Assembly (NCBI RefSeq): GCF_963506605.1
Contig: NC_083292.1
Span: 40,920,001 to 40,984,000 of the forward strand
Direction of reading: 5' to 3'
DNA length: 64,000 nt
From: Zootoca vivipara
Lineage: Eukaryota
The first letter of the stretch is position 1. Every line of letters begins with the position of its first letter. Shown in pieces: positions 34,801 to 47,600 of this stretch. A model generated the notes under the pieces. That model was not told the origin of the DNA, searched no databases, and saw nothing but the letters and a program-made list of their open reading frames with translations. Made by a program: the position numbers and the translations under genes.

Positions 34801-37703
34801 ACGGGAAGAACATTTTGTACAAATCTCTCTCCATTGTCATCGCTCAGAGAAAGCACCCCGGTCCACGTCCAGGTGAAATGCAGAAGCAACCGGAGAATCC
34901 CGACATACTGATGAGCTCCGTTTGGGAACATGTAGCAGAGGAAAGCCGCATGGAAGTCGGTGTCTGTTAGGGGATGAGAGCCATAGATGACCTAAAAATA
35001 ATATTTTTGAAAAAGAAAAAGGGATACCAACTACATTTTTTCCATTTATTTAATAATTATTAGCATAGAGTCATACTGTTATGCTACTTATTTAGATGTT
35101 TTATATGCCTGTTGTCTTTGAGAGCTGGACCATAAAGAAGGCTGATCGCCGAAGAATTGATGCTTTTGAATTATGGTGCTGGAGGAGACTCTTGAGAGTC
35201 CCATGGACTGCAAGAAGATCAAACCTATCCATTCTGAAGGAAATCAGCCCTGAGCGCTCACTGGGAGGACAGATCCTGAAGCTGAGGCTCCAAGACTTTG
35301 GCCACCTCATGAGAAGAGAAGACTCCCTGGAAAAGACCCTGATGTTGGGAAAGATGGAGGGCACTAGGAGAAGGGGACGACAGAGGACGAGATAGTTGGA
35401 CAGTGTTCTCAAAGCTACCAACATGAGTTTGACCAAACTGCAGGAGGCAGTGGAAGACAGGAGTGCCTGGCGTGCTATGGTCCATGGGGTCACGAAGAGT
35501 CGGACACGACTAAACAACTAAACAACAACATTTAGATGTTTTGCTTATGCTGCTCTATGACCATAATAAAGTACTTCATAAACAGGCATGGTGATGCAAA
35601 ATCAAGGAGTGAATCATTTCAGGCTGTAGTTTATGAATTGTACATCCAGGCAGAATATACCAGTGACCCGACAGTGTAGTATATTATGTCTTAGGAGGAG
35701 TTAAATCTCCACTGAGAACTACCCAAACATTCAAATATAAGCCTTAAAGGACATAGTGGAAAACAGGAAATGGATCGTTAATAACCAATATTCTGTGCCC
35801 ATATCTTACTTGTGGCAGCTTGTACATATAGAGGATGGTTGCCATGTGAAGACCTAGATCAGAGTTTGGTCCCTCAATGACTGCTCTTGGAATGTTCTCC
35901 GTGTCACACTTGTAGTTTGGAATGAATCTTCCCTGCCTGGAGAAAAGTTCCATTGAGGCCAGGTACGTCCAGCTTGGACTAAAATGGCTATTGTAGATGT
36001 GGAATCCCAAGGTGACATTGGGCAAGATTTCAGGGTTTTCATTTATTCCCTTTATAGCAAACGCCAAAGCCACAACATGTTGGTAGAGCTGTGTCATTAC
36101 TCTGAAATAAGAGAGCTACTTGCTGTGTAAATAATGCATCTTCACACAGAAAAATAGATTTATGCCTATAGTCCAGTGAATCACATGGATACACTGGCAA
36201 ACATTTCTTAGCATTGCAAATTATTTGAACTGATTTTAATATTGCATTTTTTATTGTTTTTTATCAAACAATGATTTCCTAAGTTCTAATTTTATAAACA
36301 CTAGTTTAGATATTTGTGCTTCTTTATTTTTTATATTTCAGGGTTCTTCAGACTCCCTCAGGGCTGCCATAAATTCATTTAAAATGCTTTTAAAGCTTCC
36401 TAGTAGTTTGGGCTAACAGGCTTAGGTGAAGGACAACCTTACTGACTAAGATTGTTTATTAAAATGATGTTTTGATAATAAGGGAACATTGATATTTGCT
36501 TTGGGATCTTACATATGCATGATGATAATGACGCAAGAGATGCTGTTGCTGAAAGCAGCTTCTACAGGAGCACTCCTATGGAAAGATCTGTTGGAATAAG
36601 AAGCTTAGGATGCAGTAGATTAAAAAAAGTGGGGAGGGAGCGTTTAGCTTGGATGTAGGAAACAAGCTAGGGGACCTCTGATAATGCTTGTAGAAGTCAG
36701 GCCTTGAAATGGGGACTCTGTATAGTAAAAATGGCTTTAAATTATTTCCTTATCTAGAGCAAGCTGGCAGGCAAAAATATTTACATAAACTCTTCCCTAA
36801 TGAACTTTTATCAGTTTAAGGGAGCAGCAGCAGCTCACCAACTCTCTATTAAGGGAGAATAAATGAAGAATACAATGAATACAAAAAGCTTTGAAAGGGG
36901 CTCAGCCTGAAAGCTTCTTGGAGGAGAACGTGGCATGACTCAACAACCTAAATATCTAAAGGAATAGATATTACAGGGCTTCGGTGAACATTTGGAGGAA
37001 AAATAATGAACGCATCAGGATCTTGAATATAGGGCATTGAGACTACAGTATCTGAAGCATTGGCTTTGGCAGTGACTCATGAAAACACAATTAAAAATTG
37101 AAACGGGATACTGTGGACCTCCTACTTAGCTAGCTGATTGATGGGTCATCTGGGACAGTCACCATTAACTCCCCATCCATGACTCTATTTAAGATACACC
37201 AGTGTAACTTGTTCATTCTGAGCCAAGACTGGTGTAAGCCCCCCAACACAACACCCGAGCACAAAACCCAACTTTTTAAAGACTTTTCAAGACTTGTTTT
37301 TCACTTGCCATTGAGTGGCTTTGCATCTTGCTTCATACCAGCTCCTTGTGCATAGGATGGCTGCCCAGAGCTGCCATAACACCAGAACTAATGGGAAGTT
37401 AGAGGGATGGAGTAGTAGCATCAGTAATATTCACTATGGATTCATTATATATGTATGATATGGTTAAAAGAGCACAACTCCTTACAGAAAGTCATCAAAA
37501 AGCTCAGGAGAGGGAGGTTCCCTGAAAGTCATGACACTTGAGGTCACATAGATTTGAGACATAATGCCAGCAATGAGGAGGCCTCCTGACCGATAATATT
37601 GGTGAAGAATAGGAAGAGGCTCTTCAATGGAACACTGAGCAACAGGAAGTTTGCACACAACTTGAGGCAGCAACACCAATACCAAGAATACAAATGCTAC
37701 CAT
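31633..37703 (-). CDS. V2R: V2R gene D, exons 1-4 intact; exons 5-6 not seen (assembly gap at 30749-30878)
   Basis: Join of 37486-37703, 35810-36101, 34131-34991, 31633-31860, open frame. Alternative upstream ATG at 37724. No cysteine-rich or 7TM exon found on the - strand between 26128 and 31633. Confidence 0.9.
32321..32615. mobile_element. Tc1/mariner (Tigger-like) MITE
   Basis: TIR CAGTGGTACCTCGACTTACGAA / TTCGTAAGTCGAGGCACCACTG; TA TSD. Confidence 0.88.
34131..34991 (-). CDS. V2R: V2R gene D exon 3 (a possible alternative donor extends it to 34002)
   Basis: 861 nt; VIYGSHP..QPWQ|GTAATG. Confidence 0.94.
35103..35529 (+). mobile_element. Bov-B 3' fragment in intron 2 of gene D
   Basis: [23 protein letters not shown]..; 13-bp TSD ATTTAGATGTTTT at 35090-35102 and 35530-35542. 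Confidence 0.92.
35810..36101 (-). CDS. V2R: V2R gene D exon 2
   Basis: 292 nt, ends KLPQ|GTAAGA. Confidence 0.95.
37486..37703 (-). CDS. V2R: V2R gene D exon 1
   Basis: 218 nt from [14 protein letters not shown] (239 nt from ATG 37724). Confidence 0.9.
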
Positions 37704-37950
37704 CTTACAGGAGGGAATCTTCATTTTAGAAGACAGTTAATCTCTCTCCCCACCCCTGTACATCACTGAAGAGCAAATCTTACTAGAATGGCAATTGACT
37801 CAGCTGATTCAATGCTAGAAGCATGCAACATACATAATCAGTGATCAGAGCTACAGAGCCTTGTGAGTCTATAGTTCAACCTCTGAATGGCACTGGGGGT
37901 ATTAATAACATCTGCTAGTGTAAGTCTGTTATTTGGAGTGTGGTTATTGG

Positions 37951-38018
37951 ATATCCCTTAGGGTGGAGAGAAAAGTAGCAGCAATTGTGATTAATGATTA
38001 TTACAGAAGAAATAATCA
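37951..38018 (-). promoter_or_regulatory. Conserved V2R upstream module (gene D)
   Basis: ATATCCCTTAGGG..AATTGTGATTAATGATTATTACAGAAGAAATAATCA. Confidence 0.62.
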
Positions 38019-38059
38019 CCTGTTCTGGGTTATACATTATCAGTGACTTTGGCAAACAA

Positions 38060-38272
38060 AATAAAAAAATTCCTTCAGTAGCACCTTAAAGACCAACTAA
38101 GTTTTTATTTTGGTATGAGCTTTCGTGTGCATGCACACTTCGTCAGATACACACTTCTTCAGATGCACACAAAAGCTCATACCAAAATAAAAACTTTGTT
38201 GGTCTTTAAGGTGCTACTGAAGGAATTTTTTTATTTTGTTTCGACTCAGACCAACACGGCTACCTACCTGTA
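38060..38272. mobile_element. Penelope-like inverted terminal-repeat insertion
   Basis: Palindromic arms; flanking duplication ACTTTGGCAAACAA; hammerhead motif on the - strand. Confidence 0.75.
38113..38150 (-). ncRNA. Minimal type I hammerhead ribozyme motif
   Basis: GUAU CUGACGA A GUGUGC AU GCACAC GAAA GCUC AUAC. Confidence 0.65.
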
Positions 38273-38594
38273 ACTTTGGCAAACAAGACAGCAATGTCTG
38301 TTACATCTCAGCCAAAGCATAGTCTACCAAATATGAGTAAGTGCTATTGATTCATAAAAGTGGATTAAATTCCTCCTCCCCAAATGCAGTTGGAATACTT
38401 CAAAGTCCAAAAGAAAACTTCAACTGCTTTGGAGTAATCAACGTTTTTCCATATGTATTTTCCTGCTTCAGAAGTCTGCTGACATTTCTGTCCCATTAGG
38501 GTGTAAATAATTAACATATGAGATTACTTGATCAATTTTGGGCCCAGAAAAGAAGGAAGCTGAGAAATTGTTAGGAGTTGTTCCACTTCTTCCA

Positions 38595-38703
38595 TTTTAA
38601 CCATTTTGGTTGCCCTCTTCTGGACACGCTCCAGCTTGTCAGTATCCTTCTTGAACTGTGGTGCCCAGAACTGGACACAGTACTCCAGGTGAGGTCTGAC
38701 CAG
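38595..38703 (-). mobile_element. CR1 fragment
   Basis: [34 protein letters not shown]. Confidence 0.85.
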
Positions 38704-38719
38704 ATATTCTTATCCCTGA

Positions 38720-39630
38720 TGCTCTCATATGAATTCAGCACAGCTGAAGACGGTGTGTACTTTCATTCAAGGCACGATGGGGGTCTGTACAACCGGACAT
38801 GTCTCTGCGGCAAGACAAAAGTGTAGCAGGTCCTTATCTGAGAGATGTTGTTTGCAGATGGTACAGCCTCGACAACATTCTCCAAGGAAGTTCTACAGAG
38901 ACTCATCAACCATTTTTTAAAAAATACTTTTTATTCATTTTATAAGGGGAAAAACCACAAACATACGAAAATGAAAAAAACGAGTAACACAGAAATACTT
39001 CTTACGCTCTCATAACTTCTTCTTAACATCATAATGACTTCTCCCAGTCCCCCTGCCCCAATCTGAATTTCATTTCTGATCATCTTTGGCAGTTTCAAAA
39101 GAAATACTTATATCCTCAACAGATTTCTGTTCTATTACCTTCTTAAAAGAATATTTATCTATGTCTTACTTCTATGCCAAAAACCTATAATTGCATCCCT
39201 AGACAATATTAAATATTACAATATTTTTTCAATTATAATTTAAATTTTTTCCAGTCTTCCTCCACCGTCTCTTCTCCCTTGTCAAGGAGTCTCCCAGTCA
39301 TCTTGGCAAGTTGCATGAAGTCCATCATCGTTGGTATATCTTGACTCTCCCAATTCTTAGCAATTAGTAAACTCGCAGCAGTTGTGGCATACAAAAACAA
39401 TATTTTGGGGGATTTCCTCCCCCACTATTCCCAGTAAAAAGGCTTCTGGTTTCTTAATGAAAGTGTATTTCAACACTTTTTCCATCTCATTATGCGACTC
39501 ATCCACCATTTTGCCCAAGCCTGCAAGGAGTTTAGCTTAACAAAGGATAACATTCTGAGTCAGGACATTGCCAGCACTCAGCATTGGCGAGCGCACACTT
39601 GAGGCAGAAGAGAATTTTGTTTACCTGGGT
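38720..39630 (+). mobile_element. Old RTE LINE RT fragment interrupted by an L1 insertion
   Basis: EDGVYFHSRHDG..EMLFAD..RLI..FAQACKEF..ENFVYLGS, split at the duplicated GACTCATC(A/C)ACCATTTT. Confidence 0.7.
38917..39495 (-). mobile_element. L1-clade LINE 3' fragment
   Basis: IKKPEAFLLGIVG..FLYATTAA..LAKMTGRL..EEDWKKF, AATAAA and A tail; 17-bp TSD with one mismatch (38900-38916 / 39496-39512). Confidence 0.78.
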
Positions 39631-40193
39631 TCCAGAGTGGTGCATGCTCTGGTTATCTCCTGGCCGCTTGGATTACTGCAATGCGCTCTACGTGGGGCTA
39701 CCTTTGAAGGTGACCCAGAAACTGCAATTAATCCAGAATGCGGCAGCTGGACTGGTGACTTGGAGTTGCCGCCGGGACCACATAACACTGGTCCTGAGAG
39801 ATCTACACTGGCTCCCAGTACATTTCCGAGCACAATTCAAAGTGTTGGTGTTGACCTTTAAAGCCCTAAACGGCCTCGGTCCTGTATACCTGAAGGAGCG
39901 TTTCCACCCCCATCGTTTTGCCCAGACACTGAGATCCAGCACTGAGGGCCTTCTGCCGGTTCCCTCGCTACGAGAAGCCAAGTTACAGGGAACCAGGCAG
40001 AGGGACTTCTCGGTCATGGCACCCACCCTGTGGAATGCCCTCCCACCAGAGGTCAAAGAGAACAACAATTACCAGACCTTTAGAAGGCATCTCAAGGCAG
40101 CCCTGTTGATGGATTTCTGTTTTTTAATATTTTGTTGGAAGCCGCCCAGAGTGGCTGGGGGAACCCGGCCAGATGGGTGGGGTATAAATAATA

Positions 40194-40235
<42 letters not shown>
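39631..40235 (+). mobile_element. L2 LINE 3' fragment with (TTA)n tail
   Basis: RLDYCNALYVGLP..LHWLPV..; homologous to 15880-16440. Confidence 0.9.
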
Positions 40236-40237
<2 letters not shown>

Positions 40238-40370
40238 CAACATATCAGATGACATCTACAAGGTGACAGCAAGCTACACTGTGCCTCCAGGGCAGAAGTG
40301 GGAGAAGAGTTGGAATTAGAGATGGTGCCTACTCAACTGAGCAAATTGATTGGTGACTGTTTTCTAATTA

Positions 40371-40654
40371 CAGTGGTGCCTCGCTAGACGAATTTAATTT
40401 GTTCCACGGGTCTTTTCTTATAACGAAAAATTTGTCTAGCGAATCCCATAGGAATGCATTGAATTTTTTTTTTAAAAAAATTGCCCATAGGAACGCATTA
40501 ATTGAATTTCAATGCATTCCTATGGGAAACCACGATTCGCTAGACAAATTTTTCATAAAACTTATTCGTCTAACGAGGCAACCTCCGCTCGGAAAATCCT
40601 TTCATTAAGCGGAAATTTAGTTAAGCAGGGCATTCGTTAAGCGAGGCACCACTG
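40371..40654. mobile_element. Tc1/mariner MITE just downstream of the gene E stop codon
   Basis: TIR CAGTGGTGCCTCGCT / AGCGAGGCACCACTG; TA TSD. Confidence 0.88.
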
Positions 40655-40704
40655 TATATGTTATTGAATCAAATGGGATTTAGTTAGAGGTGAATTTAAA
40701 GAGA

Positions 40705-41618
40705 CTAGCTGATTCTTTGATTTTCTCTTCTTACTAACACCTGCCTTCTGTTCAACTCAGGCCTCAGTAAAATGACATAGCATTTGGGGGAAAAGATGCA
40801 GCCCAGTAAGCCAGCACCAGACGCCAAGATGGAGAAGACCTCCACAGCCACCATGTACTTCCCCTTGGTGCTCAAGTAGGTTGGAACAAAGGACAACCAA
40901 ACACTGCAAAACACCAACATGCTGAAAGTGATAAACTTGGCTTCATTGAAACTGTCAGGCAGCTTCCTGGCTAGGAAAGCCACAATGAAACTGCCAAAGG
41001 CCAGTAAACTCATGAAACCCAGCACACAGTAAAACATGACAGTTGATCCTTCATTACATTCCAGTAAAATTTCTGTCATCATTGAATGCATGTCAAGATC
41101 TGGGAATGGGGGATAGGTTGCCAACCACACACAACAAATTGCAGATTGAGTAAGGGTGCAGGAAAGAATAATGGAATTGGACAATTTCCCCCCAACCCAT
41201 GTTCTATATTTAGACCCTGGTCTTGTGGCCATGAAAGCGAGAGTCACAAGGGTGGTTTTGGCCAATATGCAAGAAACTACCAATGAGAAGATCATGCCGA
41301 AAGCAATTTGTCGAATGAGGCACGTCACCTTCTCAGGTTGGCCAATGAATAGCAAAGCACAAAGGAAGGAGATCAGGAGGGAGATGAGGAGAGTGTAGGT
41401 GAGGTTCCGGTTGTTGGCTTTGACTATTGGAGTGTCCTGGTGCTTAACAAAGATCCAAAGCACCCAAGCTGTGAGGATAGAAAAGGAGAGGGCAAAGGTG
41501 GCCAAACTGATCCCCAAGGGTTCTCCATAAGTCAAGAAGGTTATTTTCTTGGGAAGGCATCCATCCTGGGCAATGTTTGGGTAATGATCTTGTGGACATT
41601 GAAAACAGTCATCCATGT
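40705..41618 (-). CDS. V2R: V2R gene E exon 6 (7TM)
   Basis: [15 protein letters not shown]..7TM; acceptor at 41620-41619. Confidence 0.96.
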
Positions 41619-44600
41619 CTGGAAAACAAAAATAAATTGAGCTTCCAAGGCAAATAACATTGTTCCTTCCTCCTTGCCTGCCTATGGTCTTAAAGCGACA
41701 GAAGCAGCGGGGAGGGGGTGTTTTGCCTCCCTTCTTTCTTGGATCAGACCCCTCTGGCAATTCTTCCACCAGTCCTGTGCTCACTCCCCAGCCCCCCAGC
41801 CCCCCCCCCCCGCTGCCCTCTTCCAAGTTCCACATATACACCTCATCCTGACAACCTGAGGTGGGACACTCTCTGCCCTCGCTGTCACTTCCCCCGAGCA
41901 ACCCTCTTCTGGGTGATTTTTGCCCTCTCCTGAGGCATTCCTTTGCTGGCACCCTCTGTGTATGGCCAATCATGGGGCACAGGGTGACCCATGGCAATAC
42001 AGTCATACCTTGGTTCTCAAACAGAATCTATTCTGGAAGTCCGTTCAATTTCCGGAAATGTTCGAAAACCAAGGTGCGGCTTCCGATGGGCTGCAGGAGC
42101 TTCCTGCACTCATCTGGAAGCCGTGGAAGCCGTGTCGTATGTTTGGGTTCTGTCAGGGGGACTCCCTACAGGGAGCCTCCCCCCGTCATCCTGACCAGCA
42201 CTTCGTCCAGCGACAGCACAAGCAGCGACTCAGGAGGAGAGAATGAGGAATGGAGCAGTTTGGAGAGAGGGCTCAGTGAGGTGTCTGAGCCCTGGAAATG
42301 CTATGGAGAAGAGAGCGTGCAGGAAGTGCTCAGAGACGCGTCAGAGCCCTGGCACTGCTCTGCTCAAGGGTCAGCGGATGAGGGATTCAGCGAGACATCG
42401 GAGCCCAGGCGTCGCCCCAGCCAGCAAGAGGGGAAACCTCTCCTTCTGGTGCCCGAATTGAGGCGTGCGCCCAACACGTAGGGCGAAGGGGTGGCGTTTT
42501 GGGGTGCCCAGGCTTTTATGCTGGTCGAAAAGCAGGCAGCGCCATTGCTGGGTTCTGAATGAGACTAGGCAATCAGGTTTTCTGTTATCTCTGCACTGTA
42601 AATAGTATGCACAATAAAACTCTTAAAGACAGTGCGGACTGGAGCGTCTTTACTCAAGAGTAGCCGCAACAATCCCCTGACAGGTTCCAAATAACGTTTG
42701 TAAACTGGAACACTCACTTCCAGGTTTGCAGTGTCTGCATAGCTGCCAAGTTATCCCTTTTTTACAGGGATTTTCCCTTATGCTGAATAGGCTTCCTCAC
42801 GAGAAAAGGGAAAACTTGGCAGCTATGAGTGTCTGGGAGCCAAAATGTTTGAGTCACAAGGCATTTGGGATCTGAGGTACGACTGTATTTAACTGCATAC
42901 TATCAGCCAACTCCGTACAATTTAAGAATCAGGGAAATTAGTTTCTGGTGTGCATGTACTGGATCATACCTGATGGAGTCTATAAATACTGTCCAAAACA
43001 CCTCTTACCTTCCTTGTTGGAAATCTTTCCTTCTGAACATGGGAGACAATCATAGCAGCAAGACGGCTTCCCTTCCTTTTTGGCACGACTATAACCAAAG
43101 TGGCAGTTCTGATTGCACAGAGAAGCAGGTTGTGACTGTTTATTTTTAAGAGAGAGAGAGAGAGAGAAGATGCAAGTTAGATAGTTCATGCCTCACTGGC
43201 CCATCCAAGAAACCTGCAGTTTAGAAACCAGTTGGTGTAAAGAAAAATAACAGAAGTTTTGAGTGAGGGTTCCTTTTAATGCAACCACGACAATATCAGA
43301 TACAGTATTCAGTCCCGTTGAATATCAAGAAGGGATAGCCCCCAAGCTGCCTGAATGCTTTCATCAAAATAAATCCTTGTCCCTCTGTCAGATGGGTTGA
43401 GCTCTCATTTGGTCCTGATGTATTCCTCATCATAGCTGCCAAGTTATCCCTTTTTTAAAGGGATTTTCCCTTATGCTGAATAGGCTTCCTCATGAGAAAA
43501 GGGAAAACTTGGCAGCTATGTTCCTCATCAATGTTGGAATTATTACTTTGGAAGATGATCTAGATTGGTGCTGTGGTCCCAGATCTCCCAGCACATTTAA
43601 TTTAACTGTGAGGGATACCTGTTTTAGGGTTTAGCCAATGAAGCATTTATTGACCATTGAGGAAATGAATGGAGAATCCCTGGAGTGGACTTTACCTGGT
43701 TGAAACTGTTGGGCCACACAATGGCATCATAATCCAAGCTGAAGCCTTCTTCGGGGGCAACCTGTGTGTCCATCGCTCCAACTTTGACTCTAATAAAGGA
43801 CACATTTGGCAACACAACCCAATTGATTATATCAAATCCCGTAATTAATTCCCCATTTTGGTCAAGGGAAACTTTGTCCGCAACACTATTGTTAAAAGAG
43901 ACTCTTCTCAGAATGTTGTGGAGCTAGATCAAAGGGAGCATTAAAAAATGAAATTCATAATGATTTGTTGAACAATTTGCATTTACAAGAAGCTGATTAC
44001 GTTTCACATGTGAGGGGGCTATGGTTCATTGTTCTTTAAAAAACTATGCAGGTCAATCTTTGTCATTTTTGTATAAGGCACTTATTAGAAACTGATTGTG
44101 TAACAAATTGATTAATGGTTCATGGAAATGCTCTTTGGAAAGGTTTTTTTTTTTTTGCACTAGGAAAATGATATGCAAGCTTCTATTCAACCTGTCCACT
44201 GAGATCACAGCACTCAAAACAGTTAAATATCAGAGGATATACAAAAAAGTGGAAATGATATAAATTATTTTTAAAAAGAAACCAGCGAACTGTTACACCT
44301 TCCTGCCCTCCGTGTCTTAGTAGTGACATGCATTTATTATAATATTTTTATCCCACCTGCACAACTCTCAAAGCAGTTAACACCATAGGATGCAAAATAA
44401 CATAACATGACATAAAACAATTTCTAGACACTAACAGATATAGTAAAGTCTATTAGTTTAGGGTTGCCATATTTCAAATGATTAAAATCTGGACAGAACA
44501 ATTATTTTGGGAGCAAAGTTGCTGAGCTTTTTTTGCAAAATTGCAGGGGGAGAGCTATTTTTATGGAAAATCAGCAAAAAACGGCACTGCTGACATTTGA

Positions 44601-47600
44601 CTGATTTAGTCAGACATTTGACCAATTTCCACCCAGACACTACTGCTGCTGGCTGCAGAATTCTGTATATGTCTGGGAAAATCTGGACGTATGGCAACCC
44701 TATGTTGGACTCTCTCATTACCTGCCAGGAGTGTAGGTTTAGGAAATCCCGTTTCTCTTCTTCCACCATTGCTCTGTATTTTATTGTGTGGAGATGAATA
44801 GCATTCAGAGCATGTGCAAGAGCATATAGAGCATTGTAGACGGCATAACTGTGGCTACTTGTCCTCATTTCAAAAACAGAGGCAGGAAGGTCCTCAAGCT
44901 TCTCCTCCCCAGTACAACATTTCCTGTGTGCTTCCTCTAGAGATGGATGAGGGAAAACACATTCAAATGCTGCTTCCCAGAAGTCTCTGATAAAGCCATC
45001 TTCAACTTCCAAGTTAGGATTTCTCAGGTGAAGAAATTTCTGGAATCCAAGAAGCTCCTTTGCGTGAACTGCAAAAGCTAGCGCTCCATGGAAGATTTGT
45101 ATGTCCAAATATCTCAGAAGTGAACACGAAGCAAAATCCATCTGGGCTGTCATAATCCAGACCTTTGGTATATCACCTCCTCGAAGGCCGGGCATTGCCC
45201 TCATTACCATCATGGTATGAATTTCACCATTCACAACCACAACATTGGCAGTGCTTTCCATAATAATAGCCAATACTTTTGTACCTTCTTCAAGTGTTTC
45301 ATAGAAGTCGTCGGAAAATTTTAGCTTAGGAAATGTTTCTTTAAAAGCAATGCAAATACCTCTCTCGGCAAACATGGGAAGAACATTTTGTACAAATATC
45401 TCTCCAGTGTCATCTTCACAAGATAACACCCCAATCCATATCCATCTGAAATGCAACAGGAGCTGCAGAATCCCATCATATTGTTGAGACCCCTTTGGGA
45501 ACATCTGGTGGAGAAAAGCTCCTTGGGTGTTGCTATTGGTCACAGGAGAAGAGCCGTAGATGAGCTAAAGATCATAATTTTAAAAAAGAGGGAAGTGTTG
45601 CAACATTATGGTACCAAGTTTCAACAAAACTAAATATTTGGGGGCTTTTTTTCTTTGATTAATATTTATGGACAAGAACCCCCCCCCAAAAAAAATCCAT
45701 TAGGTTAATAGAATTAGAATGGAGTGGTTTTGGAAAAGTATTGATGTATGTGACTTCTAATTATACAAGGCAGGTGTTTGTTTGTTTGTGTGTGTGTATG
45801 TGTGTATAATCAATTCATACAAAACATCAAAGAATTTTACAATAACTGGACATAATGTTCTGTTTCAGTGTATCTGAAGAAGTGTGCATGCACACGAAAG
45901 CTCATACCTATGACAAACTTAGTTGGTCTCTAAGGTGCTACTGGAAGGAATTTTATTTTTATTTTTTATTTTGTTTTGACTACGTCAGACCAACACGGCT
46001 ACCTACCTGTAACTGGACATAATAACTATACCGTAAAAACCCTACCAAAAAAGAGTTAACTTCAGAAATCAGACAATTATGGTAGAAAGATGGAACTCTT
46101 CATTTGTTACATAAACCTGATGGTATATAAAACTGTTCAGCTGACATTTACAAGTTGAAACAGAGACTTCCAGTTTGGCTTGCCATGGCAGGGGCTGGAT
46201 CAACATCGCAGCCGTTTCGCATGGAATGTTTTGAGGATGAGATAGGAGTAATCACCCTCCCCAAAAAAACACCCTAGGACTGGGGGACGGGGCAGCTTCA
46301 CCTGCAGATCGCCCAACACTAGCCTCCCTCAACAAACAGGGTAAGAATGTTTTGGACAAATGTCTCACCAGCAAATGTCTATACACCTAACTTACTTGTG
46401 GCATCTTGTACATAGACAGGACAGTTGACATGTGGAAACATAAGTCCGAGTTTGGTCCCCCAATGGCTGCTACTGGGGTGCTCTCACCATCACAATTGTA
46501 GTTGGGGGTGAGTCTGCCCTGTCCAGAGAGGAGTTCCACTGAAGCATGATAAGTCCAACCTGCTGTGAAATGGCTGTTAAATATGTGGCAGCCCAGTGTG
46601 ACATTGGGTAAGATATGGGGATTTCCATTGATCTCCTCTACAGCAAATACAAAGGACATAATGTGCTGGTAGAGTTGTGTCACTGACCTGCAAATGAGAT
46701 TGATATATGAAATTGCACAGAACTGAATTAAACCAGAGATGAATGGAAATTTTAAAAAATGATAGTGGCTTTTGACAACAAAGAACTGGCAAGACTGAGA
46801 GCTGAAACTATGGCAAAGCTACAAGGAGCAACTGTTGAGCTGGAAGGACTCACTTGATGAATTGGGAGAATACAAGCATGAGAAATGATGCAGCTCAGTG
46901 ATAGAGCTGGGTTTCTGGGAAACATGAATGAGGTTATAAATGGAGACATGGAGAGATTTCTGGAAGACTTGGAGTGACCCCAGGTTACAAAGCTATTAAA
47001 TCCCTGGCATGCTTTGTGAAAAAAGAATGGAAGAAATGGAAATGGAAGAGATCAGGCTGGAAAAACAAAGCAAATACTACAAGATGTGGAAATTGAAGCT
47101 AAAGAACCAATGTGAGTGTGGGCCAATGTGAGACTTGTATACATGCAGAGAGGGAAAGATTTGTCATTATTTAATATGGAGGCATGCAACTCTTTTGCAA
47201 CTTCTTTTTATGAATCTGAAGCCCTCTTATTTTATTCTTTCTTTCTTTCTTTCTTTCTTTCTTTTATTTTCTCCTTTCTTTTTCTATAAAGATGTCTACT
47301 TGTCTCAAAAAGACCAATGGCTTCAAGGAACAAGAAAGGAGATTCTGACTAAACAGCAGGAAGAAATTCCTGGTGGTAAAAACTATTCAACAGGGCAACC
47401 GACTCCCTTGGAAGGTTGTGGACTCACCTACATTGGTAGTTTTTAAGCAGAAGTTGGATGGCCATCTGTCATGGATGCTTTAGTTGAGATTCCTGCATTG
47501 CAGGGGGCTGGACTAGATGAACCTTGGGGTCCCTTCCAACTCAACAGTTCTATGATTCTGTTAATATATGCACCCAGTGTAGGGAAATGTTTGGTAATAT

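Larger units (their letters stand above)
42000..42885. mobile_element. Tc1/mariner MITE hosting two nested insertions
   Basis: TA-CAGTCATACCT..AGGTACGACTG-TA; related to 50821-51060. Confidence 0.8.

Noticed and set aside
40705-42006. 433-aa ORF read as a single-exon GPCR with a novel N-terminus
   Set aside because: The first ~130 codons are intron 5 read-through; the real exon starts at the acceptor at 41618.
41861-42481. 206-aa Ser/Glu-rich ORF
   Set aside because: Crosses a MITE/LTR junction and is transposon-derived.
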